Shown piece after piece: positions 1-8,493 of a stretch of DNA of 32,000 nucleotides. The stretch lies in assembly GCA_021294815.2 (NCBI GenBank), contig CP095464.1:330001-362000 (forward strand), read 5' to 3'. The stretch's first letter is position 1, and each line of letters opens with the position of its first letter. Origin of the DNA: Verrucomicrobiota bacterium. Lineage in GTDB: Bacteria > Verrucomicrobiota > Verrucomicrobiia > Opitutales > LL51. The position numbers were made by a program, and so were the translations under genes. The notes beneath the pieces were generated by a model that made no database searches, was not told the DNA's origin, and saw nothing but the letters and a program-made list of their open reading frames with translations.

Positions 1-652
1 CCGGAATATCGCGCTCCATAATATCGGCAACGCGCTGTTGAGATTTCGCCCAAATGAGATTTCGAACGGTTGTACTGCCGACGAGACACCGGTGTTGATC
101 GACAACAAAAAGCTGGTCCGTATTTTCCGTCTCATTCTTTTCCCGCCGCACATACTGGATCGCATCGTCAACCGTCATCGTATCCCGAATCGTCGTCACA
201 TAAGGCGTCATGACCCCACCTGCGGTATTGGGATCATAACACATCAGGTCGCGGATGGTATCGGCAAAGTCCTTGGGTAATTTACTGAGGAGGCGTTCGC
301 GATCTTTAATTTCGACGTTCAGTAAAAGATCAACCGCATCGTCAGGCTCTAATTCTTGAAGGATTTTAACCGCCCGATGATCCCGCATCTCCGTCAGAAT
401 TTCTGCGGAGTCGCATGGCATCATTTCCGCTAAGACTTCCGATGCATCCGACGATGAGAGTTTTTTGAGTAAAAACTGCTGGTCCTCTGGCGAAAGACGT
501 TCGAGAAAACACCCGACCTCGTAGGGCGATGTATTGGAAAGCTTGATCGGATCAATCTGATCGAGCGCACCGTCCGCAAAAACCATCAGCTCCTCGAGCG
601 AATACTGCGCGAGTTTTCGGGCGGCGGCGTGGCTGTGAATAGCGTTAGGCAT
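1..652 (-). CDS. mgtE: Magnesium transporter MgtE, N-terminal part (gene continues off the left edge)
   Basis: This ORF is absent from the supplied track because it has no stop codon in the window. My translation from the ATG at 650-652 (minus strand) reads MPNAIHSHAAARKLAQYSLEELMVFADGALDQIDPIKL...SPEDQQFLLKKLSSSDASEVLAEM...PDDAVDLLL...TAGGVMTPYVTTIRDTMTVDDAIQYVRRE...LFVVDQHRCLVGSTTVRNLIW, open to position 1. This matches the MgtE N-domain followed by a CBS domain. Confidence 0.85.
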   Translation of the reverse strand, partial: MPNAIHSHAAARKLAQYSLEELMVFADGALDQIDPIKLSNTSPYEVGCFLERLSPEDQQFLLKKLSSSDASEVLAEMMPCDSAEILTEMRDHRAVKILQELEPDDAVDLLLNVEIKDRERLLSKLPKDFADTIRDLMCYDPNTAGGVMTPYVTTIRDTMTVDDAIQYVRREKNETENTDQLFVVDQHRCLVGSTTVRNLIWAKSQQRVADIMERDIP

Positions 653-686
653 GGCGGCTCATCGGCGTTACAGTCTCTAGCGCGAT

Positions 687-723
687 ACAAACTTTATTTT
701 CAAAGACAACTTTATTTTGAAAA
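687..723. repeat. Tandem direct repeat (18-19 nt x2) in the mgtE upstream region
   Basis: acaaactttattttcaaag (687-705) is followed directly by acaactttattttgaaaa (706-723). It lies about 35-70 nt upstream of the mgtE ATG on the minus strand. Confidence 0.7.
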
Positions 724-756
724 TTCGATCACCGCTGAAACTGTATTCTTGAGACG

Positions 757-1554
757 CTAATTGCCGGCACGCCAGCGCGCACCGGTCCCCGATGCTGATA
801 ATATGAGGGGTGACTGATCCTCACCGACAATCGATCTAAAATCCCCGCTTCCGCAGCTAATCCATACGTCGGAATCAAAAAGCTCGCGCAGGTTGTGGGT
901 ATAATCGCTCTGATCGGGGCGTAAAAATGATACCGGTTGGTTGCCATCGTACCACGTCACATGTCCGTCGGCATAGGCAACAAATCCGCCCTCGGAGCCA
1001 TACACTCCATACTTTGCATCCCAGAGACCATTTTCCTTGAGACCTCGCGTAAAAGCAATTGGTAGAGTTTCCCGCGGACGATTCGGATTCACGCCCTGAA
1101 TAAGGCCATAGCTCAATACCTCATTGTGGTTGGTACAGAGCGCATTATCGACTCGCTCCCAAGGCCGCGCATAGTATTCATTTCCTTGGACATCGACATA
1201 ACCAATGATATCCGAAGTCAACGGCGAAGCATACTTATCCCCCGAGGAACAATACACATTAGCGTCGTTTAAAATACTCCCGCGCTTCGAGCCATCAAGC
1301 CCCGCTAAAATCGCCGCGAACTCTACCCGATCGTTACACCCCGTGTACGGCGGCATCATCCCCCGGCTTTCCGAAAATATCTGCCAGGCTTCGGCGATCT
1401 TTTTTAAATTCGCCATGTCCTGCGTCTTACGTGCTTTGGTACGAATCGACTGAAAGCCTGGTAACGCAAGCGCTATCAGGACGCCGAGGATCGAAATCAC
1501 AAAAACGATCTCAATCAATGTAAATGCACGTCGCCTTCCCTTTTGGCCCATCAC
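757..1554 (-). CDS. Prepilin-type N-terminal cleavage/methylation domain protein (pseudopilin-like, DGHV C-terminal motif)
   Basis: The N-terminus (M)MGQKGRRRAFTLIEIVFVISILGVLIALALPGF is a class III (prepilin) signal with F+1 and E+5. The C-terminal part has GGFVAYADGHVTWYDG, resembling the DGHV end of DUF1559/H-X9-DG proteins. The track start at 1554 is GTG; the ATG at 1549-1551 is the more likely start. Confidence 0.8.
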   Translation of the reverse strand: MMGQKGRRRAFTLIEIVFVISILGVLIALALPGFQSIRTKARKTQDMANLKKIAEAWQIFSESRGMMPPYTGCNDRVEFAAILAGLDGSKRGSILNDANVYCSSGDKYASPLTSDIIGYVDVQGNEYYARPWERVDNALCTNHNEVLSYGLIQGVNPNRPRETLPIAFTRGLKENGLWDAKYGVYGSEGGFVAYADGHVTWYDGNQPVSFLRPDQSDYTHNLRELFDSDVWISCGSGDFRSIVGEDQSPLILSASGTGARWRAGN

Positions 1555-1635
1555 AACTCAGCTTACGCTTTCCCTAGAGAACGCAATGCAATTTGCTTTA
1601 CTCGGTAGAGAATTTTTCAAGTAAAGACGTCGGTC

Positions 1636-3102
1636 ATGAGCGAACCCAATGAAATTACCCATACGAGCGACGTTTATGCCGTTCGCAAACACAAATTATC
1701 CCAGCTGCGCGCCGACGGCTACGATCCTTTTCAGCAGAACTGTACGCAAGACGCGACAAGTGCCCAGGTACTTCAATCCTATGAAGAAGGCTCTGAAAAA
1801 CTATTTTCTGTTGCGGGGAGGATTGTTGTTTTTCGAGCGATGGGGAAAGCGACATTCACTAAGTTACTCGATCGAGATGGGTTGGTACAGGTCTATGTTT
1901 CACAAAATGATCTGGGTGAAGCCGCCTATCAATCATTCAAAAAGCTCGATATTGGGGATATCATTGGTGTAACAGGTCCTCTTTTTAAAACCAACACAGG
2001 TGAAATTACCGTTCGCGCAAAATCCTATACGCTCGTCAGTAAATCACTCCGACCTCTTCCCGAAAAATGGCATGGACTCGTCAATGATGATCAGATTTAT
2101 CGCCAGCGCTATCTCGATCTCATCGTCAATCCAGAATCGCGGAAACGTGCCTTTCAACGTACGAAAATCGTTCAAAAAATTCGGGAATTTCTCTGGAACC
2201 GTGACTTTGTAGAAGTCGAAACCCCGATGCTCAGTGCAATCGCAGGGGGTGCTGCGGCTAAACCGTTTATGACACATATGAATGCGCTCGATCACGACTT
2301 TTATTTAAGAATCGCACCAGAACTGTACTTGAAACGTATGCTCGTAGCTGGCTTCGATCGCGTATTTGAGATGGGTCGAATGTTTCGCAATGAAGGTCTG
2401 TCACGCCGACACAACCCCGAGTTTACCATGCTCGAACTCTATCAGGCCTATTCCGATCATTTGGGGATGATGGAACTCGTCAAAAGTCTCATCCTTCATC
2501 TCTGTGATACGGTGCTCGGTTCCCGGGTGATCACGCGTTACGACGGTCTACAAATCGATCTCGACGGGGAGTGGAAGCAAGCCAATTATTGCGATCTCGT
2601 TATGGATGCGCTCAACGACCCCAATTGGTTCTCAAAATCACGAGAAGAGAAGCTCGCCATCTGTGCGGAACGGGCTATCGAAGTTTCACCTGAAGCAGAA
2701 GATTTTGAAGTCACAAACGCCGTCTACAGCAAACTCGTCGAACCCAATCTCATCAACCCGACATTCGTTCTGCAAATTCCCCGAGAACTCTGCCCGCTCG
2801 CAAAACTTAACCCACAGGATCCACGGTTTTTAAACGTATTTGAATTGTGTATCAACGGCCAAGAAATTGCGCCGGCATACTCAGAACAAAACGATCCCTT
2901 TGTGCAGCGAGAAATGTTTGAAGCCCAAGTCGGCGAAGAACAGCAAAATCTCGATAATGATTTCTTGACCGCTCTCGAATACGGTATGCCACCCGCTGGC
3001 GGTATGGGAATCGGCATCGATCGCCTGGTCATTCTCCTCACCGGTGCAGAAAGCATCCGCGATACCATTCTTTATCCTACGCTTAAACCGCTTCAGGAAT
3101 AA
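1636..3102 (+). CDS. lysS: Lysine--tRNA ligase (class II)
   Basis: A 488-aa ORF with an N-terminal OB-fold region (AGRIVVFRAMGKATFTKLLDRDG) and class II catalytic motifs (FVEVETPML, YLRIAPELYLKRMLVAGFDRVFEMGRMFRNEG, GMGIGIDRLV). Confidence 0.97.
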   Translation: MSEPNEITHTSDVYAVRKHKLSQLRADGYDPFQQNCTQDATSAQVLQSYEEGSEKLFSVAGRIVVFRAMGKATFTKLLDRDGLVQVYVSQNDLGEAAYQSFKKLDIGDIIGVTGPLFKTNTGEITVRAKSYTLVSKSLRPLPEKWHGLVNDDQIYRQRYLDLIVNPESRKRAFQRTKIVQKIREFLWNRDFVEVETPMLSAIAGGAAAKPFMTHMNALDHDFYLRIAPELYLKRMLVAGFDRVFEMGRMFRNEGLSRRHNPEFTMLELYQAYSDHLGMMELVKSLILHLCDTVLGSRVITRYDGLQIDLDGEWKQANYCDLVMDALNDPNWFSKSREEKLAICAERAIEVSPEAEDFEVTNAVYSKLVEPNLINPTFVLQIPRELCPLAKLNPQDPRFLNVFELCINGQEIAPAYSEQNDPFVQREMFEAQVGEEQQNLDNDFLTALEYGMPPAGGMGIGIDRLVILLTGAESIRDTILYPTLKPLQE

Positions 3103-4405
3103 TTCCTTCGAGCGTCGAAATCGAAGCACTCGTAATTTGGACCGGTATAACCTGGCCTATGAGTGCTTGAGGCCCCTCAAAAATGACCTTTTTATGTTCA
3201 GGCGTCCGCCCTTCGAGACGATCTTGCCCCCGGCGTGCCGGCTTTTCAACGAGCACTTGATAAGTTTTACCCACCATCGCCCGGTGGTACGCGCGGGAAT
3301 ATTGTTCGAGCTTTTGCTGTAAAATTTGGTGTCGTGCCTCTTTAACACTTTGCTCCACTTGATCCTTGAGGGTTTCCGCAACTGTCCCAGGACGAATACT
3401 GTACTTAAAGAGATAGGCCATATCGAAACGCACTGCATCGAAGGTCTCACAGGTTTGCTGAAAATCTTCCTTGGTCTCCCCGGGAAACCCAACAATAATA
3501 TCCGTCGAAATCGAAATCGTCGGAACGCGTTCTCGCAACGCCTCAACAATCGCTAAAAATGAACGCTGCGTATACGGCCGTCGCATCGTACGGAGAATTT
3601 TATCCGAACCACTCTGTAGTGGTAGATGTACGTAAGGACAAAGCTTCGAAAGATCCCGATAGGCATCGATCAGGTCCTCGCGAAAACCCTGTGGATGCGG
3701 CGACGTAAAACGAATGCGCTCAATTCCCGCAATTTCCTGTACACCTTCTAAGAGCTGTACAAACGGACTTTTCCCACGTCCAACAGATCCACCGTAATGA
3801 TTGACAATCTGCCCCAAAAGCGTCACCTCCTTTGCCCCACGCTCCGCAAGCCATCGAATTTCCTGAAGAATCTCCTCCTTCGGACGGTACCGCTCTGGCC
3901 CACGTGTTTTCGGCACAATGCAGTACGCGCAATGCATATTACACCCCTGCATAATCGAAACATACGCCGATATGGGAACGTGCTCCGGATCGTGGGCTTG
4001 TACAAATACCGCATCAATCTCGCCATAATCCGTTTCGACAAAGCGTTGCTCCGGATGACGCTTTAGTTCCGCTAAGAGCTCCGGAACCTTTGCGATATTA
4101 CTCGGCCCCACAATTAAACGTACTTGAGGAATTTTCTTCAATAAGGAAGCACCTAAGTTTTGTGCCATACAACCTAAAATCCCAATCACCGGCGCACGTG
4201 CTGTACGCCCAAGGAGATTCGATTTCCCAATGGCCTTGAGCTCCGACTGCTCGCGAACACTACAAGTATTCAGTAAAATAATAGCCGCATCGGTCTCCCG
4301 ATCGACGAGTTGATACCCCGCTTGCCGTAAGACAGCCGCTAGCGCTTCCGACTCACGTTCATTCATCTGACAGCCGTACGTCTTGATGTAGACCGTTTGC
4401 TCCAT
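3083..4405 (-). CDS. miaB: tRNA-2-methylthio-N6-dimethylallyladenosine synthase (radical SAM methylthiotransferase)
   Basis: MEQTVYIKTYGCQMNERESE (UPF0004 domain), the radical SAM site IMQGCNMHCAYCIVP, and a C-terminal TRAM-like end. The track's longest ORF begins at GTG 4432. The ATG at 4403-4405 gives the canonical N-terminus. Confidence 0.94.
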   Translation of the reverse strand: MEQTVYIKTYGCQMNERESEALAAVLRQAGYQLVDRETDAAIILLNTCSVREQSELKAIGKSNLLGRTARAPVIGILGCMAQNLGASLLKKIPQVRLIVGPSNIAKVPELLAELKRHPEQRFVETDYGEIDAVFVQAHDPEHVPISAYVSIMQGCNMHCAYCIVPKTRGPERYRPKEEILQEIRWLAERGAKEVTLLGQIVNHYGGSVGRGKSPFVQLLEGVQEIAGIERIRFTSPHPQGFREDLIDAYRDLSKLCPYVHLPLQSGSDKILRTMRRPYTQRSFLAIVEALRERVPTISISTDIIVGFPGETKEDFQQTCETFDAVRFDMAYLFKYSIRPGTVAETLKDQVEQSVKEARHQILQQKLEQYSRAYHRAMVGKTYQVLVEKPARRGQDRLEGRTPEHKKVIFEGPQALIGQVIPVQITSASISTLEGIIPEAV

Positions 4406-4450
4406 ATGGCGACCGTGCGATAATTCCCACACAGGTAAAACAAAAATTCC

Positions 4451-4525
4451 TGGCGTTCCTGCCGAGACTCGAACTCGAATTTTCGGTTCCGGAGACCGAT
4501 GTTCTATCCATTGAACTACAGGAAC
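4451..4525 (-). tRNA. tRNA-Arg (anticodon CCG), CCA encoded
   Basis: The reverse complement folds as a cloverleaf. The segments are: acceptor GTTCCTG/CAGGAAC, D arm GTTC-AATGGATA-GAAC, anticodon stem TCGGT/ACCGA with loop CTCCGGA (anticodon CCG), a 4-nt variable loop, T arm TCGAG-TTCGAGT-CTCGG, discriminator G and a 3' CCA. Confidence 0.93.
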
Positions 4526-4611
4526 TTACCCACTTGAGCGTGCGAAGTTTCCCGGCTAGTCAACGGTAATATTGCGCTTGCCGGAGGATTCCACGCGCCT
4601 TTATTATTTTT

Positions 4612-5682
4612 ATGCAACGTCGGGTGACACGTCCGGTTCGAATTGGGAATTTTGTGATTGGAGAAAACAATCCGATCCTCGTCCAATCGATGACCAATAC
4701 GCCAACGGAAGATGTTGCAGCTACAGTCCGCCAAATTCACCAGTTAGTTGACGCGGGATGCGAGATTGTTCGCATTGCGGTTCCAAACCTAAATTCAGTT
4801 AAGGCATTAGCTGAAATTCGCAAGCGATCCGCCAACATTCCATTGGTCGCCGATGTTCACTTTTCCCCGACTATCGCCCTCGCTTGCCTCCCCTTTGTCG
4901 ACAAAGTACGAATCAATCCTGGTAATTTTCATCCGAATCGCGATGTTCTTAAAAAATTATTTACTCGAGCAAAACAGGAAGCAAAAGCAATAAGACTGGG
5001 GGCTAATTGGGGATCGATTGATCGCACGCTGATCGCCCAATGGGGACACTCCCCTGAGACGGTTTATCAGAGTTTTTTGCCCTTTCTAGAAGCCGCGCAC
5101 GAAATTGATTTTCAGAACATCGTTCTGTCGTTTAAAGCCAGTAACGTTCCGATGACCGTGACCATTATTCGTCAGCTGGTTGAAAAGCTGGATGCAACGG
5201 ATTACGACTTTCCATTCCATCTCGGTGTCACCGAAGCGGGCAATGGCGTTATGGGCCGAATCAAGGGGGCGATCGGGATTGGCGGCTTACTGTTGGATGG
5301 AATCGGTGACACATTACGCGTCTCCTTAACCGAAGATCCGGTTCAAGAAATCGCGGTTGCTTACGATATTCTCCAGGCGACACAACGACGTATTTCACAA
5401 ACGGAATATATCGCATGTCCGAGCTGTAGCAGGACTTCTTTCGATATCCAACGTGTTTTAAGCGAACTCAAAGCACAAACAGCAACGCTTCAAGGGATTA
5501 AAATTGCCATTATGGGTTGCGTTGTCAACGGACTTGGCGAGCTCGCGGACGCGGACTTTGGTTGCGTTGGCGCTGGCCCCGGTCATGTCAACCTTTACGC
5601 CCATGGACAGTGTGTGAAGACAAATATTGCTGAAGCCGATGCCGTAGGGGAACTTCTATCGCTCATCGCCACACATGAATAA
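4612..5682 (+). CDS. ispG: 4-hydroxy-3-methylbut-2-en-1-yl diphosphate synthase (MEP pathway)
   Basis: RRVTRPVRIGNFVIGENNPILVQSMTNT, RIAVPN, HLGVTEAG and the C-terminal Fe-S cysteines (ACPSCSR...GCVVNGLGE) are typical of IspG/GcpE. Confidence 0.96.
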   Translation: MQRRVTRPVRIGNFVIGENNPILVQSMTNTPTEDVAATVRQIHQLVDAGCEIVRIAVPNLNSVKALAEIRKRSANIPLVADVHFSPTIALACLPFVDKVRINPGNFHPNRDVLKKLFTRAKQEAKAIRLGANWGSIDRTLIAQWGHSPETVYQSFLPFLEAAHEIDFQNIVLSFKASNVPMTVTIIRQLVEKLDATDYDFPFHLGVTEAGNGVMGRIKGAIGIGGLLLDGIGDTLRVSLTEDPVQEIAVAYDILQATQRRISQTEYIACPSCSRTSFDIQRVLSELKAQTATLQGIKIAIMGCVVNGLGELADADFGCVGAGPGHVNLYAHGQCVKTNIAEADAVGELLSLIATHE

Positions 5683-5730
5683 ATCAGGCAATCCGCTTGA
5701 CAAACGATACCGTACCGGAAAGCTCTCCGG

Positions 5731-6753
5731 ATGCGTTTCTCGTTATCCATCCCAGAAATCGAGGCAATTGTAAACCCAATCCGCACCGACGGTTTGTTTG
5801 ATGGCAAAATTACGGCAATCGCCGGACTCTCCGAGGCCCAACCTGGTGAACTATCATTTCTCGGCAATCCGAAATATGCCCACGAAGTCGAAACATCATG
5901 TGCCTCAGTTTTATTACTGCCTGCAAGCTTTGCCTATACGCCGAAAAAAGATCAACGAGTCCTCTTCTGCCAGGATGCTTCCGTAGCGCTTGCAAAAATT
6001 TGTCACGCATTGGAACTTCAAAGCTCGAAACACGAACCTGGGATTCATCCGACGGCGGTGATTCATCCAACGGCAATTCTCGGAGAAGACGTTGCAATCG
6101 GTCCTAACGTTGTTGTCGAAGCCGAAGTTCATATTGGCAGTCATGTCACAATTGGTGCAGGTTGCTTCATCGGCGAGAGAACTATGATCAATGAACACTC
6201 GCGACTATTTCCAAATGTAAGCATCATGCCCGATACTGTTCTCGGTAAACGCGTTACGATCCACTCGGGTGCCGTCATCGGATCCGATGGCTTTGGTTTT
6301 GCACCCATTGCTGGAAAGTGGGAAAAAATTCCACAAATCGGCAACGTGATCTGCGAAGATGATACCGACATTGGCGCTAACACAACAATCGACCGTGCGC
6401 GCTTCGCCTCAACGATTATCGGTCAAGGCACGAAGATTGACAACCTCGTTCAAATCGCCCATAATGTCAAAATCGGGAAACACTGCGTCATCGTTTCTCA
6501 AGTTGGAATTGCCGGCAGCACAACACTCGGCGACCACGTCGTTGTTGGAGGCCAGGTCGGCATCGCAGGCCATCTTCATATCGCCGATGGCACCCAAATC
6601 GGCGCACAGTCTGGTGTCGCGCAAGACACAGAAAAAGATTCTAAATTGCTCGGCTCTCCGGCAACAGACTTCAAAAGTGCTCTCAAACAATTCGCCTGTA
6701 TCGCCCGACTTCCAAAGGCATTCGATCAGCTCAAAAAAATTCTCAAAAAGTAA
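5731..6753 (+). CDS. lpxD: UDP-3-O-acylglucosamine N-acyltransferase
   Basis: A 340-aa protein with an LpxD-type N-terminal domain ([13 protein letters not shown]) followed by a long run of hexapeptide (left-handed beta-helix) repeats, and the central segment GSDGFGFAP. Confidence 0.93.
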   Translation: MRFSLSIPEIEAIVNPIRTDGLFDGKITAIAGLSEAQPGELSFLGNPKYAHEVETSCASVLLLPASFAYTPKKDQRVLFCQDASVALAKICHALELQSSKHEPGIHPTAVIHPTAILGEDVAIGPNVVVEAEVHIGSHVTIGAGCFIGERTMINEHSRLFPNVSIMPDTVLGKRVTIHSGAVIGSDGFGFAPIAGKWEKIPQIGNVICEDDTDIGANTTIDRARFASTIIGQGTKIDNLVQIAHNVKIGKHCVIVSQVGIAGSTTLGDHVVVGGQVGIAGHLHIADGTQIGAQSGVAQDTEKDSKLLGSPATDFKSALKQFACIARLPKAFDQLKKILKK

Positions 6754-6772
6754 AAACGAGATCGATATTCTG

Positions 6773-7501
6773 TTAAGACTTTTTGTTTGAACTCCGAGGT
6801 TTTGGTGGCTTTGGGGTTGTTTTTGTTTGAATAGTCGCCTTCTTCTGAGTCGTAGTCGGTGAAGCTTTTTCATCGGCTACAAAAGAACGCCATTGGACCT
6901 TTCTGAGAAGATTCTCGTGCGCGCGTTCTTCCTGTTCGCGAGCTCTTTTGGGATCTTCAGGTTTCCGAAATTGCTTCGGCATCGGGATATAGCTGCGCCC
7001 AATAACCCAAGACAAATTGTCTACCTTTTGTTTAGCTTTATCCCGAACCTGAGATATAGTCGCAAGTTTGGGTACAACGGTTCTTTCAATATCTGAAATA
7101 ACTCCAACGGCGTTGTAGCGCTCCAGTCCTCGTCGGCTAATATGGGGAAAAACTTGAGCCAACACATCGAACATACGCCACAGATCTACGCTTTCCATTT
7201 TGATTTTAGATTTACACATTGATATAAGTACATTATGCGTATTCTTCATTGCCTCTAATATTTCTCCCGGCTGCGCGTTTTCTAATCGCCCGAGGCTCTG
7301 ACCTAAGGGGCTAACCTCGCGATCGCGCTCCGAAGCTGTCCGGGGATTTCCCTTTCTATCTCCCCTTCTAGTTGCGCAACTCGCGCTGGGCTTAACGCCC
7401 GCGGACTTCTTGCGACTTCCACCGCCTGCGTCTGCATCGCAAATCATTCCTATGAGCGCAACTACGACTGCCGCAATCTTTCGTAAGACTTTCTGACTCA
7501 T
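6773..7501 (-). CDS. Hypothetical exported protein (islet gene A)
   Basis: The ORF is open 6773-7564. The internal ATG at 7499-7501 gives MSQKVLRKIAAVVVALIGMICDADAGGG (signal or anchor-like), and the A-tract/CTTGC upstream motif at 7534-7548 lies inside the longer ORF version. After the signal the protein has a basic R/K/S-rich region, and it ends in a K/T/P-rich tail. I recognise no family. Confidence 0.6.
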   Translation of the reverse strand: MSQKVLRKIAAVVVALIGMICDADAGGGSRKKSAGVKPSASCATRRGDRKGNPRTASERDREVSPLGQSLGRLENAQPGEILEAMKNTHNVLISMCKSKIKMESVDLWRMFDVLAQVFPHISRRGLERYNAVGVISDIERTVVPKLATISQVRDKAKQKVDNLSWVIGRSYIPMPKQFRKPEDPKRAREQEERAHENLLRKVQWRSFVADEKASPTTTQKKATIQTKTTPKPPKPRSSNKKS

Positions 7502-7627
7502 TATTGTCCGTAGGCAATCAGTGTTTTTCCTAAAAAGCAAGATCTTTTTCGAAAAATCATTCAAATTTATATCGACGTTACAAAGATGCTAAAAAAATCA
7601 CGGACCTTTTCTTCAAAATACACCAGA

Positions 7628-7656
7628 GGCACTCCATTGAGAGTGCCCAATGGAGT
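7628..7656 (-). terminator. Candidate terminator or alternative-hairpin element downstream of islet gene B
   Basis: Two mutually exclusive stems are possible: GGCACTC(7628-7634)/GAGTGCC(7641-7647) and ACTCCATTG(7631-7639)/CAATGGAGT(7648-7656). On the minus strand the T-run (tatttt) is not immediately adjacent, so the terminator call is weak. Confidence 0.35.
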
Positions 7657-7694
7657 ACTGAATATCAGAAGTTACCTCTCAAATTTCAGAGGCC

Positions 7695-8273
7695 TTAGAT
7701 ACACAGCTTTTTCTCATTGCACGAGCCTGGCGTGTTTTTCCGAGAATTTTTCCCGTCACCGTACATCGGACTCGATAAGACAGTCCAGAGCAACGCATCT
7801 GATTTTTCCTCAGCGCTCTGTTGATCTTCTGGATTTTGGATTTTAGCGGTTATAATCCTCCCAATTTTCAGAACGATCGTGCTCGCTTCCCAACGTCTAT
7901 TGTAAGGAATACACTTGTACGCTTGAGGGAGTGCATCGAAAATCTTCATCGCGCTTTCGCTATCAACTTCTGGCGCCAAAAGCAGCACGAAATATATTTT
8001 CTCCAACGTTTCTTGCATTGTTTTCCGTTGTGGCTCCTCGAGCTGCTGAATGCACCACTGAATATCAAGGACACGCTTTGAGGAATGATTTTTCCGGATC
8101 GAAGCGCTTTGACGGTTCTTCTCAGACATACGGGCCCTACTACTATTCCGATCTCTGACCTTTACTAATGGGATCTGTCCCTCAGAATTGACACCGCTGG
8201 CTTCAACAATAGGGAAACTCGCCATTATTGTCAAAACTGATAAAGTGATTTCTTTTAAAACCCTGTTTTTCAT
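7695..8273 (-). CDS. Hypothetical secreted protein (islet gene B)
   Basis: A 192-aa ORF. The N-terminus MKNRVLKEITLSVLTIMASFPIVEA/SG looks like a Sec signal peptide, followed by a basic R/S/K-rich segment. I recognise no family. There is weak by-eye similarity to gene A. Confidence 0.6.
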   Translation of the reverse strand: MKNRVLKEITLSVLTIMASFPIVEASGVNSEGQIPLVKVRDRNSSRARMSEKNRQSASIRKNHSSKRVLDIQWCIQQLEEPQRKTMQETLEKIYFVLLLAPEVDSESAMKIFDALPQAYKCIPYNRRWEASTIVLKIGRIITAKIQNPEDQQSAEEKSDALLWTVLSSPMYGDGKNSRKNTPGSCNEKKLCI

Positions 8274-8294
8274 ATCGTTCGGTAGCTAAGCAGC

Positions 8295-8322
8295 CATTTT
8301 GTCAGATTGCAAGAACTTTTTT
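8295..8322 (-). promoter_or_regulatory. Conserved upstream block of islet gene B (A-tract + CTTGCAA + GAYAAAATG)
   Basis: The minus strand reads AAAAAAGTTCTTGCAATCTGACAAAATG, with the TTGC about 39 nt upstream of the ATG. It is about 24/28 identical to the block upstream of gene C. Confidence 0.55.
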
Positions 8323-8391
8323 GAAAAAAATTTTAACTCACACCCAACTCAACGTCATGAAAAAAATTTCCTCTTCCATTTTCAATAAATA

Positions 8392-8424
8392 CCATAAAAT
8401 AAAAACAACATCCTCGAATGGATG
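8392..8424 (-). terminator. Candidate rho-independent terminator downstream of islet gene C
   Basis: The minus strand reads CATCC-ATTCGA-GGATG (8409-8424) followed by TTGTTTTTATTTT. The stem is short (5 bp), so confidence is only moderate. Confidence 0.4.
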
Positions 8425-8493
8425 CCGTGATTGATAGTCGTAAAAAACTATATTCTATCGATACCGATTAAGCCTCACGATAGTGGGCATATC

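Noticed and set aside
653-756. An M-box (Mg) riboswitch upstream of mgtE.
   Set aside because: The whole spacer is about 100 nt and AT-rich, with no extended helices. That is too short for the ~160-nt M-box, and only the tandem repeat stands out.
6409-6873. A 154-aa minus-strand ORF overlapping the lpxD 3' end and the gene A tail. Similar ORFs occur at 6359-6790 (+), 12521-12898 (-) and 14598-15032 (-).
   Set aside because: They overlap well-supported genes in alternative frames, and their arginine/serine-rich composition is typical of out-of-frame translation.
7358-7366. An RGD tripeptide (AGG GGA GAT on the minus strand) in exported protein A, possibly an integrin-binding motif.
   Set aside because: A tripeptide in an R/G/D/K-rich segment is expected by chance, and there is no supporting context.
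7502-7564. The N-terminal extensions of the longest ORFs: gene A 7502-7564, gene C 9691-9747, lipoprotein 22426-22557, acpS 20923-21036, miaB 4406-4432, cca 24808-24915.
   Set aside because: The extensions run through promoter-like motifs, a terminator hairpin or the neighbouring gene. They add non-signal-like residues before clear signal peptides or canonical N-termini, and several start at GTG or TTG.
8357-8404. A 15-codon plus-strand mini-ORF (MKKISSSIFNKYHKI) in the B-C intergenic region.
   Set aside because: It has no SD, lies in very AT-rich DNA where such ORFs arise by chance, and overlaps the candidate terminator of gene C.
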